Source: a virus
Taxonomy: Duplodnaviria > Caudoviricetes
Reading direction: 5' to 3' (one strand)
Virus record (IMG/VR): IMGVR_UViG_3300017752_003321
Location: 1 to 61,421 of that record
Length of the DNA stretch: 61,421 bases
The translations under genes were made by a program, and so were the position numbers. Positions 49,603-58,176 of the stretch are shown one piece after another (within the stretch, counting starts at the first letter, position 1; every line of letters starts with the position of its first letter). The notes below the pieces were generated by a model. It was not told where the DNA came from, searched no databases, and saw only the letters and a program-made list of their open reading frames with translations.

Positions 49603-51151
49603 AAGTTTAACGATACCTAAAGGTCAAGATATTGTAATAGCAAATATACCTAGTATTGAACTTAGACCTCCTATTGGACCAGCACGAATTAAATCTTTTA
49701 TTAAGAGTAAAGGAATGTCCTGCTATTGTATAGATCTAAATTTAGACTTATGGCATAGATTAAAAAAAGATAAAGAATATTTTCAAAGTGACGAAGATAG
49801 GTTTTGGGAAGGGTCAGATAAATGGCAACTATGGCAAGATCCTATTATGTTCGAAGACTTTTATGACGTTACTTTAGAAGCTATTGTAGACGAATGGGTA
49901 GCATTGATTGCAGAAGCTAATCCAAGATTCTTTGGTATAAGTGTACATTTCCTACGTAGTCAATTAACTGCTAAGAAGTTATTAACTAAACTTAAAGAAG
50001 TAGCACCTCATATACCGACAGTGTTAGGCGGAAGTGCCGCTGAGCATTTTGGTTTAGAATTAGGGTGGGATATACTGGACTGGATTGTAGTTGGAGAAGG
50101 AGAGCATGGTGTTGAAAGTTTATTAAACGGAACACTAGCAAGCGGAGTTTATAATAAAGATACATATGACCCTGAATGGAAACTAGAAGCACCTAGAACC
50201 CCAAAAGTAGATTTATCTAAAATAAACTATCCAGACTATACTGATTTTCAATTTTCGCAATATCCAAAAGATGCGTATGAAGTAGCAGAAAATACATTAG
50301 GTGTTGCTAGTTTGTTTATTGAAGGAACACGTAGTTGTATCTTTGATTGTAAGTTTTGTAACGTAAGAGGAGAATTTGGAGTTTATAGAGCAAGGCCCGG
50401 AGAAGATGTTGCCAAAGAAATAATTTATTATTATGAAACATATGGCGTTGCTGATTTTGTTTTTGTAGATAATATTGTAAACGGTGTATTAAAACAAATG
50501 AATCAAATGGTTGATACACTTATAGATTACCAAGAAAAGAATAATATAAAATTTGCCTGGAGTGCATACTTTGCTGTAAGGGCAAAAAAACAAATGCCAC
50601 CTGAGATGTGGGATAGATTAAGGCAAAGTGGCTTACATCATATCAAGTTAGGTATTGAAAGCGGAAGCACTGATACTTTGAAAGAGATGGATAAAAAGTA
50701 TACTAAAGAAGATTTGTTATATACTATGGAGCAATGTCATCGTTTGAATATTACTACAAGAAGTATGTATTTTGTAGGATATCCTACAGAAAGTGAAGAG
50801 GAATTTTTAGATACTTTAGATACTATAGAAAAACTTAAACCATATGACGAAATATTAAAACCATTATATATTGGAGTACTAATGCGAGTAAAACCTAATA
50901 CTAGGGCTAAGACAGATTATACACTGGCAGGATATCTAAAAAAAGACAAACGCTTTCCGAATAATTTTCCATATAGAATGTACTGGGTATATGATAATGG
51001 TAAAGTTTTTAATGATCTTCCAACACGTATAGATAGGCACAAGCGTTTAGCAAAAAAATGTATAGACCTAGGGTTTAAGTATTTTGATGATCCCTTACAA
51101 TATGAAATAGGTAAACTAGAAGAAAATTGTAACAAATACGTTAGTACATAA
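49592..51151 (+). CDS. cobalamin-binding radical SAM protein
   Basis: PPIG.A.IKS, VLGG, VVGEGE B12 domain, then GTRSCIFDCKFC, LGIESGS, FVGYPTE. Confidence 0.88.
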   Translation: MQYKSLTIPKGQDIVIANIPSIELRPPIGPARIKSFIKSKGMSCYCIDLNLDLWHRLKKDKEYFQSDEDRFWEGSDKWQLWQDPIMFEDFYDVTLEAIVDEWVALIAEANPRFFGISVHFLRSQLTAKKLLTKLKEVAPHIPTVLGGSAAEHFGLELGWDILDWIVVGEGEHGVESLLNGTLASGVYNKDTYDPEWKLEAPRTPKVDLSKINYPDYTDFQFSQYPKDAYEVAENTLGVASLFIEGTRSCIFDCKFCNVRGEFGVYRARPGEDVAKEIIYYYETYGVADFVFVDNIVNGVLKQMNQMVDTLIDYQEKNNIKFAWSAYFAVRAKKQMPPEMWDRLRQSGLHHIKLGIESGSTDTLKEMDKKYTKEDLLYTMEQCHRLNITTRSMYFVGYPTESEEEFLDTLDTIEKLKPYDEILKPLYIGVLMRVKPNTRAKTDYTLAGYLKKDKRFPNNFPYRMYWVYDNGKVFNDLPTRIDRHKRLAKKCIDLGFKYFDDPLQYEIGKLEENCNKYVST

Positions 51152-51524
51152 TTTTACTTAACCATTCATCTCGACCATCTGTGGGTTTGCCATTTTCAAA
51201 TCTCCAATTAAGATTATTATGCATTTTTCTTAATTTGTCTTGTGCAAACCAATGGGCCATAAATGAAGCTAATGATTGAGGTGTCCACTTTGTCTTATAA
51301 GGTTGTGGCTCCCAATTAGAATAAATTATATCGTCCATTACAATATTTTCATATTTAGACAATTCTTCTACATAGCATCCAAAGAAAATAAATTTCCCTA
51401 CATATGAAGGTGCTTCAGAAGCTGTCAAAACAATACAATCAATATAGTGTGGATATACTGTATCTAAGAAGTTTGCCTTTGCTTCTTTGTTAGGTACTAC
51501 AACAATATTTTTTATGTTACACAG
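51141..51524 (-). CDS. hypothetical protein with probable non-canonical (CTG) start
   Basis: Open frame fills the gap downstream of 51517. The in-frame codon with the usual 8-nt overlap geometry is CTG at 51524-51522. Confidence 0.5.
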   Translation of the reverse strand: MCNIKNIVVVPNKEAKANFLDTVYPHYIDCIVLTASEAPSYVGKFIFFGCYVEELSKYENIVMDDIIYSNWEPQPYKTKWTPQSLASFMAHWFAQDKLRKMHNNLNWRFENGKPTDGRDEWLSKIMY

Positions 51525-52500
51525 TTTTAATGCCGAGTCCACTTTTTGGATACCTCCATGGAATGTTTGTAAGATCTTTGTACATTTCTTTATATAAGTT
51601 TTTTTTGCCTTTATACTCACTAGGCATATTAGTACATATATCAATAAATTCGTTTTCAGCAAACGGATGAACCCATTTATATCCATCCATGCCATAATTA
51701 AATAATCTGTATGCACCCTCATCTTGTAGTCTACTAAACATAACTCTATTTAATATATCAGGATGATTATCCCACTGTGCAAATCTCATGTTAAAATGCT
51801 CAACACATTCTTTATAGATAGGGTCATTGCTAAGAGGTAACACACTATTATTTCGTCTATAGCTACCGCACACATTAACATGCCAATGTGCTAAGTCTTT
51901 AGGCTGGTAACCGTTCATAGCAGTATATTGTAAACTTTGATTAATTTGCATTTCACCGGTTCCTATTTCACCAGTAAAAATTACATGCTCAGTAAGACCT
52001 AAATTTTCTAAAGCCATACGTTTTGCAGTATAAGGATTTTCTATCCAATACGGAAAATTAGTCTTTGGTATAGTGTCTAATTTATAATACTCTACCTTTA
52101 TATCTAGTTCTTTTTCTATTTGTTCAACAACATATTTTTCAGTAGTATTTGAAACGCTAGAATATAAACTTACAGCAGTAAACGGAATATCAAGGGTTTT
52201 GAATATATGTGCTAGTGCAGTGCTATCTTTGCCTCCTGATAAGAATATGACGTTATTATTGGTGGCATATTGCTTTACAGTTGTTTCTATAATGCTTCTT
52301 AAATCTTTGGGTGTAGCTGTATTAATTTGCTTCTTAGGCAGTACTAGTGACGCTGTATGACGCTTTAAACCAGCCACAGGATGCCTTGCACTTACTGTCC
52401 AACCTCCTAACATATCTCTTTCTGTAAAGAAGTCTTGATTAGTTTGGCCTTCGCCTAAATCAAATTTACAAGAAAAGTAATCAATGTTGTTTAAGTTCAT
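51517..52500 (-). CDS. asparagine synthetase C-terminal-like (PP-loop) ATP-dependent ligase
   Basis: IFLSGGKDST PP-loop, IFTGEIG.GE, HPF....F...MP..YK.KK, and RYPKSG end. No full glutaminase domain. Confidence 0.72.
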   Translation of the reverse strand: MNLNNIDYFSCKFDLGEGQTNQDFFTERDMLGGWTVSARHPVAGLKRHTASLVLPKKQINTATPKDLRSIIETTVKQYATNNNVIFLSGGKDSTALAHIFKTLDIPFTAVSLYSSVSNTTEKYVVEQIEKELDIKVEYYKLDTIPKTNFPYWIENPYTAKRMALENLGLTEHVIFTGEIGTGEMQINQSLQYTAMNGYQPKDLAHWHVNVCGSYRRNNSVLPLSNDPIYKECVEHFNMRFAQWDNHPDILNRVMFSRLQDEGAYRLFNYGMDGYKWVHPFAENEFIDICTNMPSEYKGKKNLYKEMYKDLTNIPWRYPKSGLGIKTV

Positions 52501-52963
52501 AATCTAGTTCTTTCATTACATAACAATTAGGACCGAATTCCATACCTTCGTCGAAGAAGTTACTTGTTTTTACAAATCCGTATTTTACGTATGCAGGTAA
52601 TGCTTCTTCTCTTGGAACGCTCCATATAGAAATACATTTTTCTTTCATTGCTTGTCCTTCAAGTTCACAAAATAATATTCCTGCTATTCCTTTTTTCCTA
52701 TATAGAGGATCAACCCATATACCTCTAGATCTATAAACTTGTTCATCTGTTCTATGTCCGCTGTTAACGCCTATAATTTTATTAGCATTATTATAAACAG
52801 CAAAGAATGTCGGAGAATACAAGTTATAGATATCCATATTATATCCGCCTTTATACAACATACTGCTCATAGGCTTAATAGGACTGTTTCTTCCTCTCCA
52901 AAGTTTTTCCTGCCATACTGGTAATATATCTTGGAACGAAACTAATTCTGATCTATATTTCAT
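52481..52963 (-). CDS. GNAT family acetyltransferase
   Basis: IIGVNSG, RGIWVDPLYRKKGIA acetyl-CoA motif, ALPAY.KYGF. Confidence 0.85.
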   Translation of the reverse strand: MKYRSELVSFQDILPVWQEKLWRGRNSPIKPMSSMLYKGGYNMDIYNLYSPTFFAVYNNANKIIGVNSGHRTDEQVYRSRGIWVDPLYRKKGIAGILFCELEGQAMKEKCISIWSVPREEALPAYVKYGFVKTSNFFDEGMEFGPNCYVMKELDYELKQH

Positions 52964-53604
52964 TTTTGCTGTAAACTTCTAATTACTGATTTATAGTTTT
53001 CTGTTGTCAATGGAATATTTAGAACACATTGTACACTGTTGTCTACATAAGAAAAGACACTGTGTCGCTTTCGAGTGTTAATAAAATATGGTCTACCTGG
53101 TTCTAGTGTAACTACTTTATCTTCGTATACAAAAGCAAATTCATTTTTATTACAATTATGACAAAGTGTAATAATTCTAAAACATGTAACATCTAATATC
53201 TTACCATCTCTGTGTGGAGGGAAAAATCCGCCTTGATTTAAGCGTATAAAATGAGAACGTCCTAGAGTATCAAATGTATCTAAAAGCGGCTGTATGACGC
53301 TTAAATTGCTTGCTACAGGTGTTTTAACGTTAATGTCTACTTCAGATATTTCTGTACCATTCTGCTTGTTGTACTCGAACAAGCTATCAAGATCTGGCAC
53401 ACCACTAAGTCCGCCGTCTAAACTGGTTATACTTAACCCTTGTCTATTATTTGGTTTACGGGGATTATATTGTTTCCAATCATTATCAAACAAAGATAAT
53501 TCATTTTTAAGTTTCTTTATATCAATAGTAAAGTCTAGAGGAACTATGTCCCCTAAACTTGAAAGATGTAATATTAAATCCCTATTAGTCGATTGTTTTT
53601 TCAT
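52960..53604 (-). CDS. aspartyl/asparaginyl beta-hydroxylase-like 2OG-Fe(II) oxygenase
   Basis: GRSHFIRL..GGFFPPHRD (HxD), EPGRPYFINT.KRHSVFS. Confidence 0.75.
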   Translation of the reverse strand: MKKQSTNRDLILHLSSLGDIVPLDFTIDIKKLKNELSLFDNDWKQYNPRKPNNRQGLSITSLDGGLSGVPDLDSLFEYNKQNGTEISEVDINVKTPVASNLSVIQPLLDTFDTLGRSHFIRLNQGGFFPPHRDGKILDVTCFRIITLCHNCNKNEFAFVYEDKVVTLEPGRPYFINTRKRHSVFSYVDNSVQCVLNIPLTTENYKSVIRSLQQK

Positions 53605-54610
53605 CTACGTATTCAGCAGTTGACCATTCCATTTTGTCTTTAGCAAAATCAACAAGCAACTTCAGTCTTTCTTTTGTAACGTAGCTATACAATGAATCCA
53701 TAATTATATTTGACTCTTCACCAAAGTACATAGGATAATCGCCAAGTTTGGAAATCAGATATTCTCTACTTTCTTTATTAGCCATCATATTTTCAAATGC
53801 TTGTACTACTTCATTTGAATTTGCACCTGGATGCATAAACAGTCCTTTTTGCAATCCATCACGCCATACTGCTGATAAGATGTATGCTTCGTAAATATCA
53901 CCTGATGGTTCTTTATTAAATGTTTTCTTGTAAAGATCTACTACTGTAGGTGTATCTGGCCAGTTATAATCTTGGACAAAACCGTTATCAGGAGTAAACA
54001 TTCCGTGATTGAATAATCTTACTGCTTCTCCATCTTCTACCATAGGAGCAGTATTCTTAATATGTCTTGAAGCTGGCTCTCTAATATATGTAAAGTCACC
54101 TCTTAGCCAAGCCTGTTTCGCATCACCTGCACTCATCTTTCTTACAAAGTTAATATTGTTCCAACCTTTAAGCAAAGTCCAGCCTAGTGTTTCAGGTACA
54201 CAACCTGAACAGTCTGCTAAATTAAGTACATCATTTTGCCAGTCGTAATCACTAGCAATAGTTGTTGTAATATTATATGGTTGAATTAAGATCGGTTCCC
54301 AATCTTTAAAACTCCATTTTACATTTTCGATTAACCATGCATTAGCATTGCCGCCATGTGCAAGTAAAATAACCTTAGGATCGTTTTTATATTTGGTATT
54401 GAAAGTTTCTAAACCAACATTACCTTTACCGCCCTTAATATTTTCTACAATTACTTTTTCGCCTAAGTATTTTTCTAGCTCAGACGCAACAACATCGGCC
54501 CAAATTGCAGTACCTGTTCCTTTAGGGCTAGGAACAACTAATCTATAATCGGCCATCGCCGAGGTTGCCGTTAGAATTAATCCTACAACCAATGTTAACA
54601 TATGTTTCAT
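53585..54610 (-). CDS. tctC: tripartite tricarboxylate transporter substrate-binding protein (TctC/Bug family)
   Basis: Signal peptide (MKHML...SAMA/DY), LVVP..GTGT..WA..VA..L.K.LGE.V.VEN..G..G. Coupled to tctA. Confidence 0.75.
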   Translation of the reverse strand: MKHMLTLVVGLILTATSAMADYRLVVPSPKGTGTAIWADVVASELEKYLGEKVIVENIKGGKGNVGLETFNTKYKNDPKVILLAHGGNANAWLIENVKWSFKDWEPILIQPYNITTTIASDYDWQNDVLNLADCSGCVPETLGWTLLKGWNNINFVRKMSAGDAKQAWLRGDFTYIREPASRHIKNTAPMVEDGEAVRLFNHGMFTPDNGFVQDYNWPDTPTVVDLYKKTFNKEPSGDIYEAYILSAVWRDGLQKGLFMHPGANSNEVVQAFENMMANKESREYLISKLGDYPMYFGEESNIIMDSLYSYVTKERLKLLVDFAKDKMEWSTAEYVDEKTID

Positions 54611-56043
54611 TTATAACTCCTATTTGTTTCAACATATTTTAGACCGGCAACAATAGTTACTAGTGTTAACACGAACAATACGATAGTAATTGGACGTTCT
54701 ATCAACGTAGTTATATTGTACAACGACATTGTTTGATAACTCAATGCTTCAATCTTAGCAAATAAGATAAAAGCTAACAATATCGCTGGTCTATTTAATT
54801 CAAGGCGCTTAGATGTTAATCCAATCGCCGCACATACTACTAAAGTAGCAATATCATAATATGTATGCGATATTTGATAACATGACCAACCAATTAATAA
54901 TAATATCAAAGGCGCATACACTTTTACTGGAATCCTTAAAAGTAAAGTAATAGGCTTACTCAACAACAAACAACTAATGCCTACCAAAACAGTACCTCCT
55001 AAAAATCCTATTGTAAGATATTTATAGAACTCACTATCTTGTTGAATTGAAACTGAACCCAAGTCAAAATGTAGCAAGTAAAATAAACTTAATATGACAG
55101 CAGTAAACGGTGTACCTGGTATACCAAATACTACTGTCGGAACAAAACTAGCGGCCGTGACAGCATTATTTGCACCTTCTGGTCCTACTACTCCTGCTAT
55201 GTTTCCGTTGCCGAATTTTCTTTTAGGTAAACTAAATTTAGTTTGTGCATAACTAAGCCAATCAGCAACTATGCCGTGTACTCCTGGCAGAGCACCAACT
55301 AATGCTCCTATCATTCCTCCACGTAGACTTATGAACCAATATTTTTTCCAAGCCAAGATACCTAGCACTACTTGCCTCCAGCTTGAGTTTAATTTTTGTA
55401 ATTGGTTATTTTTTAAAAACATATCAACTATTTCTGGAACAGCAAATAATCCACTCACAAGAATGAGTACATTAATACCATCTTCTAGATATGTGTAACC
55501 AAATGTAAGTCTAGGTGCATTATTCTCATCAATACCTATATAACCTAATAAGAATCCTAATAAGATACTTACTATTCCTAGTCTAATATTTCCTTTTACT
55601 AAAAATACAACACAAGTAAGAGCTAATATATTAAGCATTAATAATTCAGGAATGCCAAAAATTAAAAGTAGTTTACCATAAATTGGCATTAACAAGAAAA
55701 CAAGCGAACCAAATAGCAATCCGTTTATCGTACTACTTGTAAAAGCGGCACTTAAAGCGTAGGTTGCTTTTCCTTTTTTCGCTAGAGGATATCCGTCTAG
55801 CACCGTTGCCGCACTAGAACTACTTCCAGGAATACCAAGCAATATGCTACTCCATGTATCTCCTGTGGCACAAGCCGCGACCATTGCTGTGTAAAAAGCT
55901 ACACCTAAATAAGGATCGCTATAAAAATAAGGGAAAAATACGTAACTAGTAAGTAGTGCGGTTGTAGGACCAGCTGTTGGAATTACACCAAATGCAAGTC
56001 CCCAAGCTACTCCTAACGATACAAATATAAAAACTTCAAACAT
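54607..56043 (-). CDS. tctA: tripartite tricarboxylate transporter large permease TctA
   Basis: Highly hydrophobic. G.IP..G, LLGIPG..SSAAT.LDGYPLAKKG, GALPG, GVVGPEGANNA, FGIPG TctA signatures. Confidence 0.9.
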   Translation of the reverse strand: MFEVFIFVSLGVAWGLAFGVIPTAGPTTALLTSYVFFPYFYSDPYLGVAFYTAMVAACATGDTWSSILLGIPGSSSSAATVLDGYPLAKKGKATYALSAAFTSSTINGLLFGSLVFLLMPIYGKLLLIFGIPELLMLNILALTCVVFLVKGNIRLGIVSILLGFLLGYIGIDENNAPRLTFGYTYLEDGINVLILVSGLFAVPEIVDMFLKNNQLQKLNSSWRQVVLGILAWKKYWFISLRGGMIGALVGALPGVHGIVADWLSYAQTKFSLPKRKFGNGNIAGVVGPEGANNAVTAASFVPTVVFGIPGTPFTAVILSLFYLLHFDLGSVSIQQDSEFYKYLTIGFLGGTVLVGISCLLLSKPITLLLRIPVKVYAPLILLLIGWSCYQISHTYYDIATLVVCAAIGLTSKRLELNRPAILLAFILFAKIEALSYQTMSLYNITTLIERPITIVLFVLTLVTIVAGLKYVETNRSYK

Positions 56044-56048
56044 AACTT

Positions 56049-56077
56049 ATTATACAACAAATTTAATTAAAAGTCAA
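56049..56077 (-). promoter_or_regulatory. sigma70 promoter, probably leaderless, for the tctA operon
   Basis: Minus strand TTGACT (56077-56072), N17, TATAAT (56054-56049), 5 nt, then ATG 56043. Confidence 0.8.
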
Positions 56078-56996
56078 GTAATTCTGTATAATTTACAAAG
56101 CCACAAAAGCCTTTTTTAACTAATGTAAACAATTCTCTGTCGTAATGTTTATACATATTCTCTTCCATTTCGTCATAAATTTCCTGGTAAAAGTTATCAT
56201 TTGGATGAAAATGATCTGTTTTTTCTTTATAGATAAGCTCGGGCCATTCGGAGTTTTTCATAGACATAGTATTACAAACACCTTTGTTTTGTTTTCCATA
56301 ACTTAATAAAGGGTGTGTAATTTGACTTTTAATCAAAGGTAGTGTGCTATTAAAAAAAGTATATTGTCCTTCTCTTTGAGTATGTTTTGCCCATAGCCAC
56401 CAAACAATTTCTGTAGGCGGACAAGGAATGATAATGTCTGTATCCCAATCTTTGCCTATACAATTCTCCATAGTGACACGATAGATGTGTCCGTCCTTTT
56501 CCAGTTCGCCTAGGCCGCCCACAATAAATTGATCTTGTGGTATCTTATCAAACAGCCCTAACGTAATTAAAAAACCTCTACTCATATTGCCTAGCATTAC
56601 ACTATACTTTTTCATACGTTCTAAACATTCAGAACGATCAGCAGTATATTCTACCCAGTCGTATTCGAGTTCGTTTGCTATCTGTTTACTTTTAGTACGA
56701 TGTGTGTCGTTTGCCCAAGGATAATGTTCGTAATATATTGTAGCATCTTTTCCTAGTATCTTAGCACAACGGGCAATAATTTCACTGTCGCTACCACTTA
56801 CTGGAATAGCTAAATTGTTAGGAAGTAATTTTGCGGCATTTAAACATTCTTGTCTGAAGCTATCACAATCTACATCTAAAGGAGCAATTTTGTAATTAAA
56901 TTTTTTTAAAGGAATGTTTTTGTCTAGATAAGATTTAAAATCAGCATACGGTGAATCGTTCACTGACCAATAGATATGTTTAGGTACTTCTAACAT
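56067..56996 (-). CDS. adenine nucleotide alpha-hydrolase-like (degenerate PP-loop) protein
   Basis: LAIPVSGSDSEII resembles the SGGxDS loop. The rest is not recognisable. Confidence 0.5.
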   Translation of the reverse strand: MLEVPKHIYWSVNDSPYADFKSYLDKNIPLKKFNYKIAPLDVDCDSFRQECLNAAKLLPNNLAIPVSGSDSEIIARCAKILGKDATIYYEHYPWANDTHRTKSKQIANELEYDWVEYTADRSECLERMKKYSVMLGNMSRGFLITLGLFDKIPQDQFIVGGLGELEKDGHIYRVTMENCIGKDWDTDIIIPCPPTEIVWWLWAKHTQREGQYTFFNSTLPLIKSQITHPLLSYGKQNKGVCNTMSMKNSEWPELIYKEKTDHFHPNDNFYQEIYDEMEENMYKHYDRELFTLVKKGFCGFVNYTELLDF

Positions 56997-57024
56997 ACAG
57001 TATATATCTGTTATTTTATTTGAT

Positions 57025-58158
57025 TTAGACTAAATTGACCCAGGAGCTGTTTTCATAGCCTTGGAATTTATTATCTGATGAATTGTAAATAACCATTCCG
57101 TTAGCTGGCGTAAGTGCATTACGTTCTGTAGTTGTCATTGATCCAAACTGAACATAACCAGAGGCAGGCATAACAGCACCACCGTCGTTCTGGAAAGCAA
57201 ATTCTGTATTAGTCCCTGCAGGATTACGTATTTTAAAAGTAGCCTTACCTGGTGCAACATTATTAGATACTGCGCCTGTAGTTTCAAAAACAAGGGTAAC
57301 ATTTTCTCTGTTACTTGATCCGTCATATGCTTGACCAACAAGTTCCATAGTTCTATCACCAGATTGATATGATGCTGGCGCATCTACTGTGCCTCTATGT
57401 TTAACACTTTTCATATCAGCAACATTGTCGCTATCGTGATATGTGTTAACTGACACAGCAACACCTGATGTAGCCGAACGCTTAATTAATAATTGTCCAT
57501 TTTTAAATGCGTTGTCATCACCTACAGAACCAATTGTAAGATTAGATCCACTTGCAAGACTAATTCCGCCAGTTGCATTAATTTGTAGGTTACCTATATT
57601 AGTAATTTTTGCTATTGTTAAAACTTTTGCCATTGAATCAATAACTGATGAACTATCATCAGCAAATAATGATCCAACTACGTCACCTGTTACGTTACCA
57701 TTTACGTTACCAAAGTGTGTGCCTGTTGAATTACCAACTACGTTACCTGTAACTGATCCAACTACGTCACCTGTTAAGTTACCAACTAGGTTAGTTGCTG
57801 TTACTGAAGTAGTTTCTACTGGAGCAACAATTTTTCCATTAATAGCGTCAACTAGGAGCGTTGAATCGTCACCATAAATGTTACCTCTTATATCTACAGC
57901 TGGGTTGTCTGTAGCGGCCCATTTAGTGCCATTGTATACAAGGATTTGATCGTTTTGTGCGGCTAACGCTTGTACGTTACCTAAGTCTTCTAAATTCTGT
58001 GTTGATACAGATACTGGAGTACCGCCTGTTGTAGCGCCATCTCCTACAAATACTTCTTTGCTGTCTGTTGTGTAAACAAGTTCACCCTCAGCTGGTACAT
58101 ATCCTGGACTGGATTGTAGTTGCGTCTTGGTGCCTCGTTTGATTCGTAAAGTACCCAT
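57025..58158 (-). CDS. tail fibre-like protein with Mtd_N/hyaluronidase-type N-terminal domain
   Basis: LRIKRGT...PAEGELVYTTD...VGDG.T.GG, G[ND]V.G tetrapeptide repeats, and C-terminal TTTERNAL..ANGMVIYN...FQGY...W. Confidence 0.75.
   Translation of the reverse strand: MGTLRIKRGTKTQLQSSPGYVPAEGELVYTTDSKEVFVGDGATTGGTPVSVSTQNLEDLGNVQALAAQNDQILVYNGTKWAATDNPAVDIRGNIYGDDSTLLVDAINGKIVAPVETTSVTATNLVGNLTGDVVGSVTGNVVGNSTGTHFGNVNGNVTGDVVGSLFADDSSSVIDSMAKVLTIAKITNIGNLQINATGGISLASGSNLTIGSVGDDNAFKNGQLLIKRSATSGVAVSVNTYHDSDNVADMKSVKHRGTVDAPASYQSGDRTMELVGQAYDGSSNRENVTLVFETTGAVSNNVAPGKATFKIRNPAGTNTEFAFQNDGGAVMPASGYVQFGSMTTTERNALTPANGMVIYNSSDNKFQGYENSSWVNLV
57671..57776 (+). repeat. 22-bp direct repeat in the Gly-periodic fibre shaft
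   Basis: gatccaactacgtcacctgtta at 57671-57692 and 57755-57776, encoding TGDVVGS twice on the minus strand. Confidence 0.85.
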
Positions 58159-58176
58159 GTAATGCTCCTAATTCAT

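Noticed and set aside
51525-51722. Upstream extensions in the ORF track (51722, also 58635, 35134, 46821, 29342, 915)
   Set aside because: These starts overlap the preceding genes or lack SD support. Downstream starts fit SD spacing, overlap geometry or paralogue alignment better.
27421-56996. Classical RiPP or lasso peptide cluster
   Set aside because: Genes are packed with no room for a short precursor ORF, and I saw no PqqD/RRE, leader peptidase or exporter. A precursor encoded elsewhere cannot be excluded.
27421-56996. Known DNA hypermodification pathways (7-deazaguanine, hydroxymethyl-pyrimidine, dZ)
   Set aside because: No recognisable FolE, QueD, DpdA, thymidylate-synthase-like hydroxymethylase or PurZ, and the PP-loop proteins lack the QueC C-terminal Cys cluster. 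A novel DNA modification remains possible.
57025-58158. Diversity-generating retroelement suggested by the Mtd_N domain
   Set aside because: No reverse transcriptase, no C-type lectin variable region and no TR/VR pair differing at adenines in the window. The repeat present is a simple shaft duplication.
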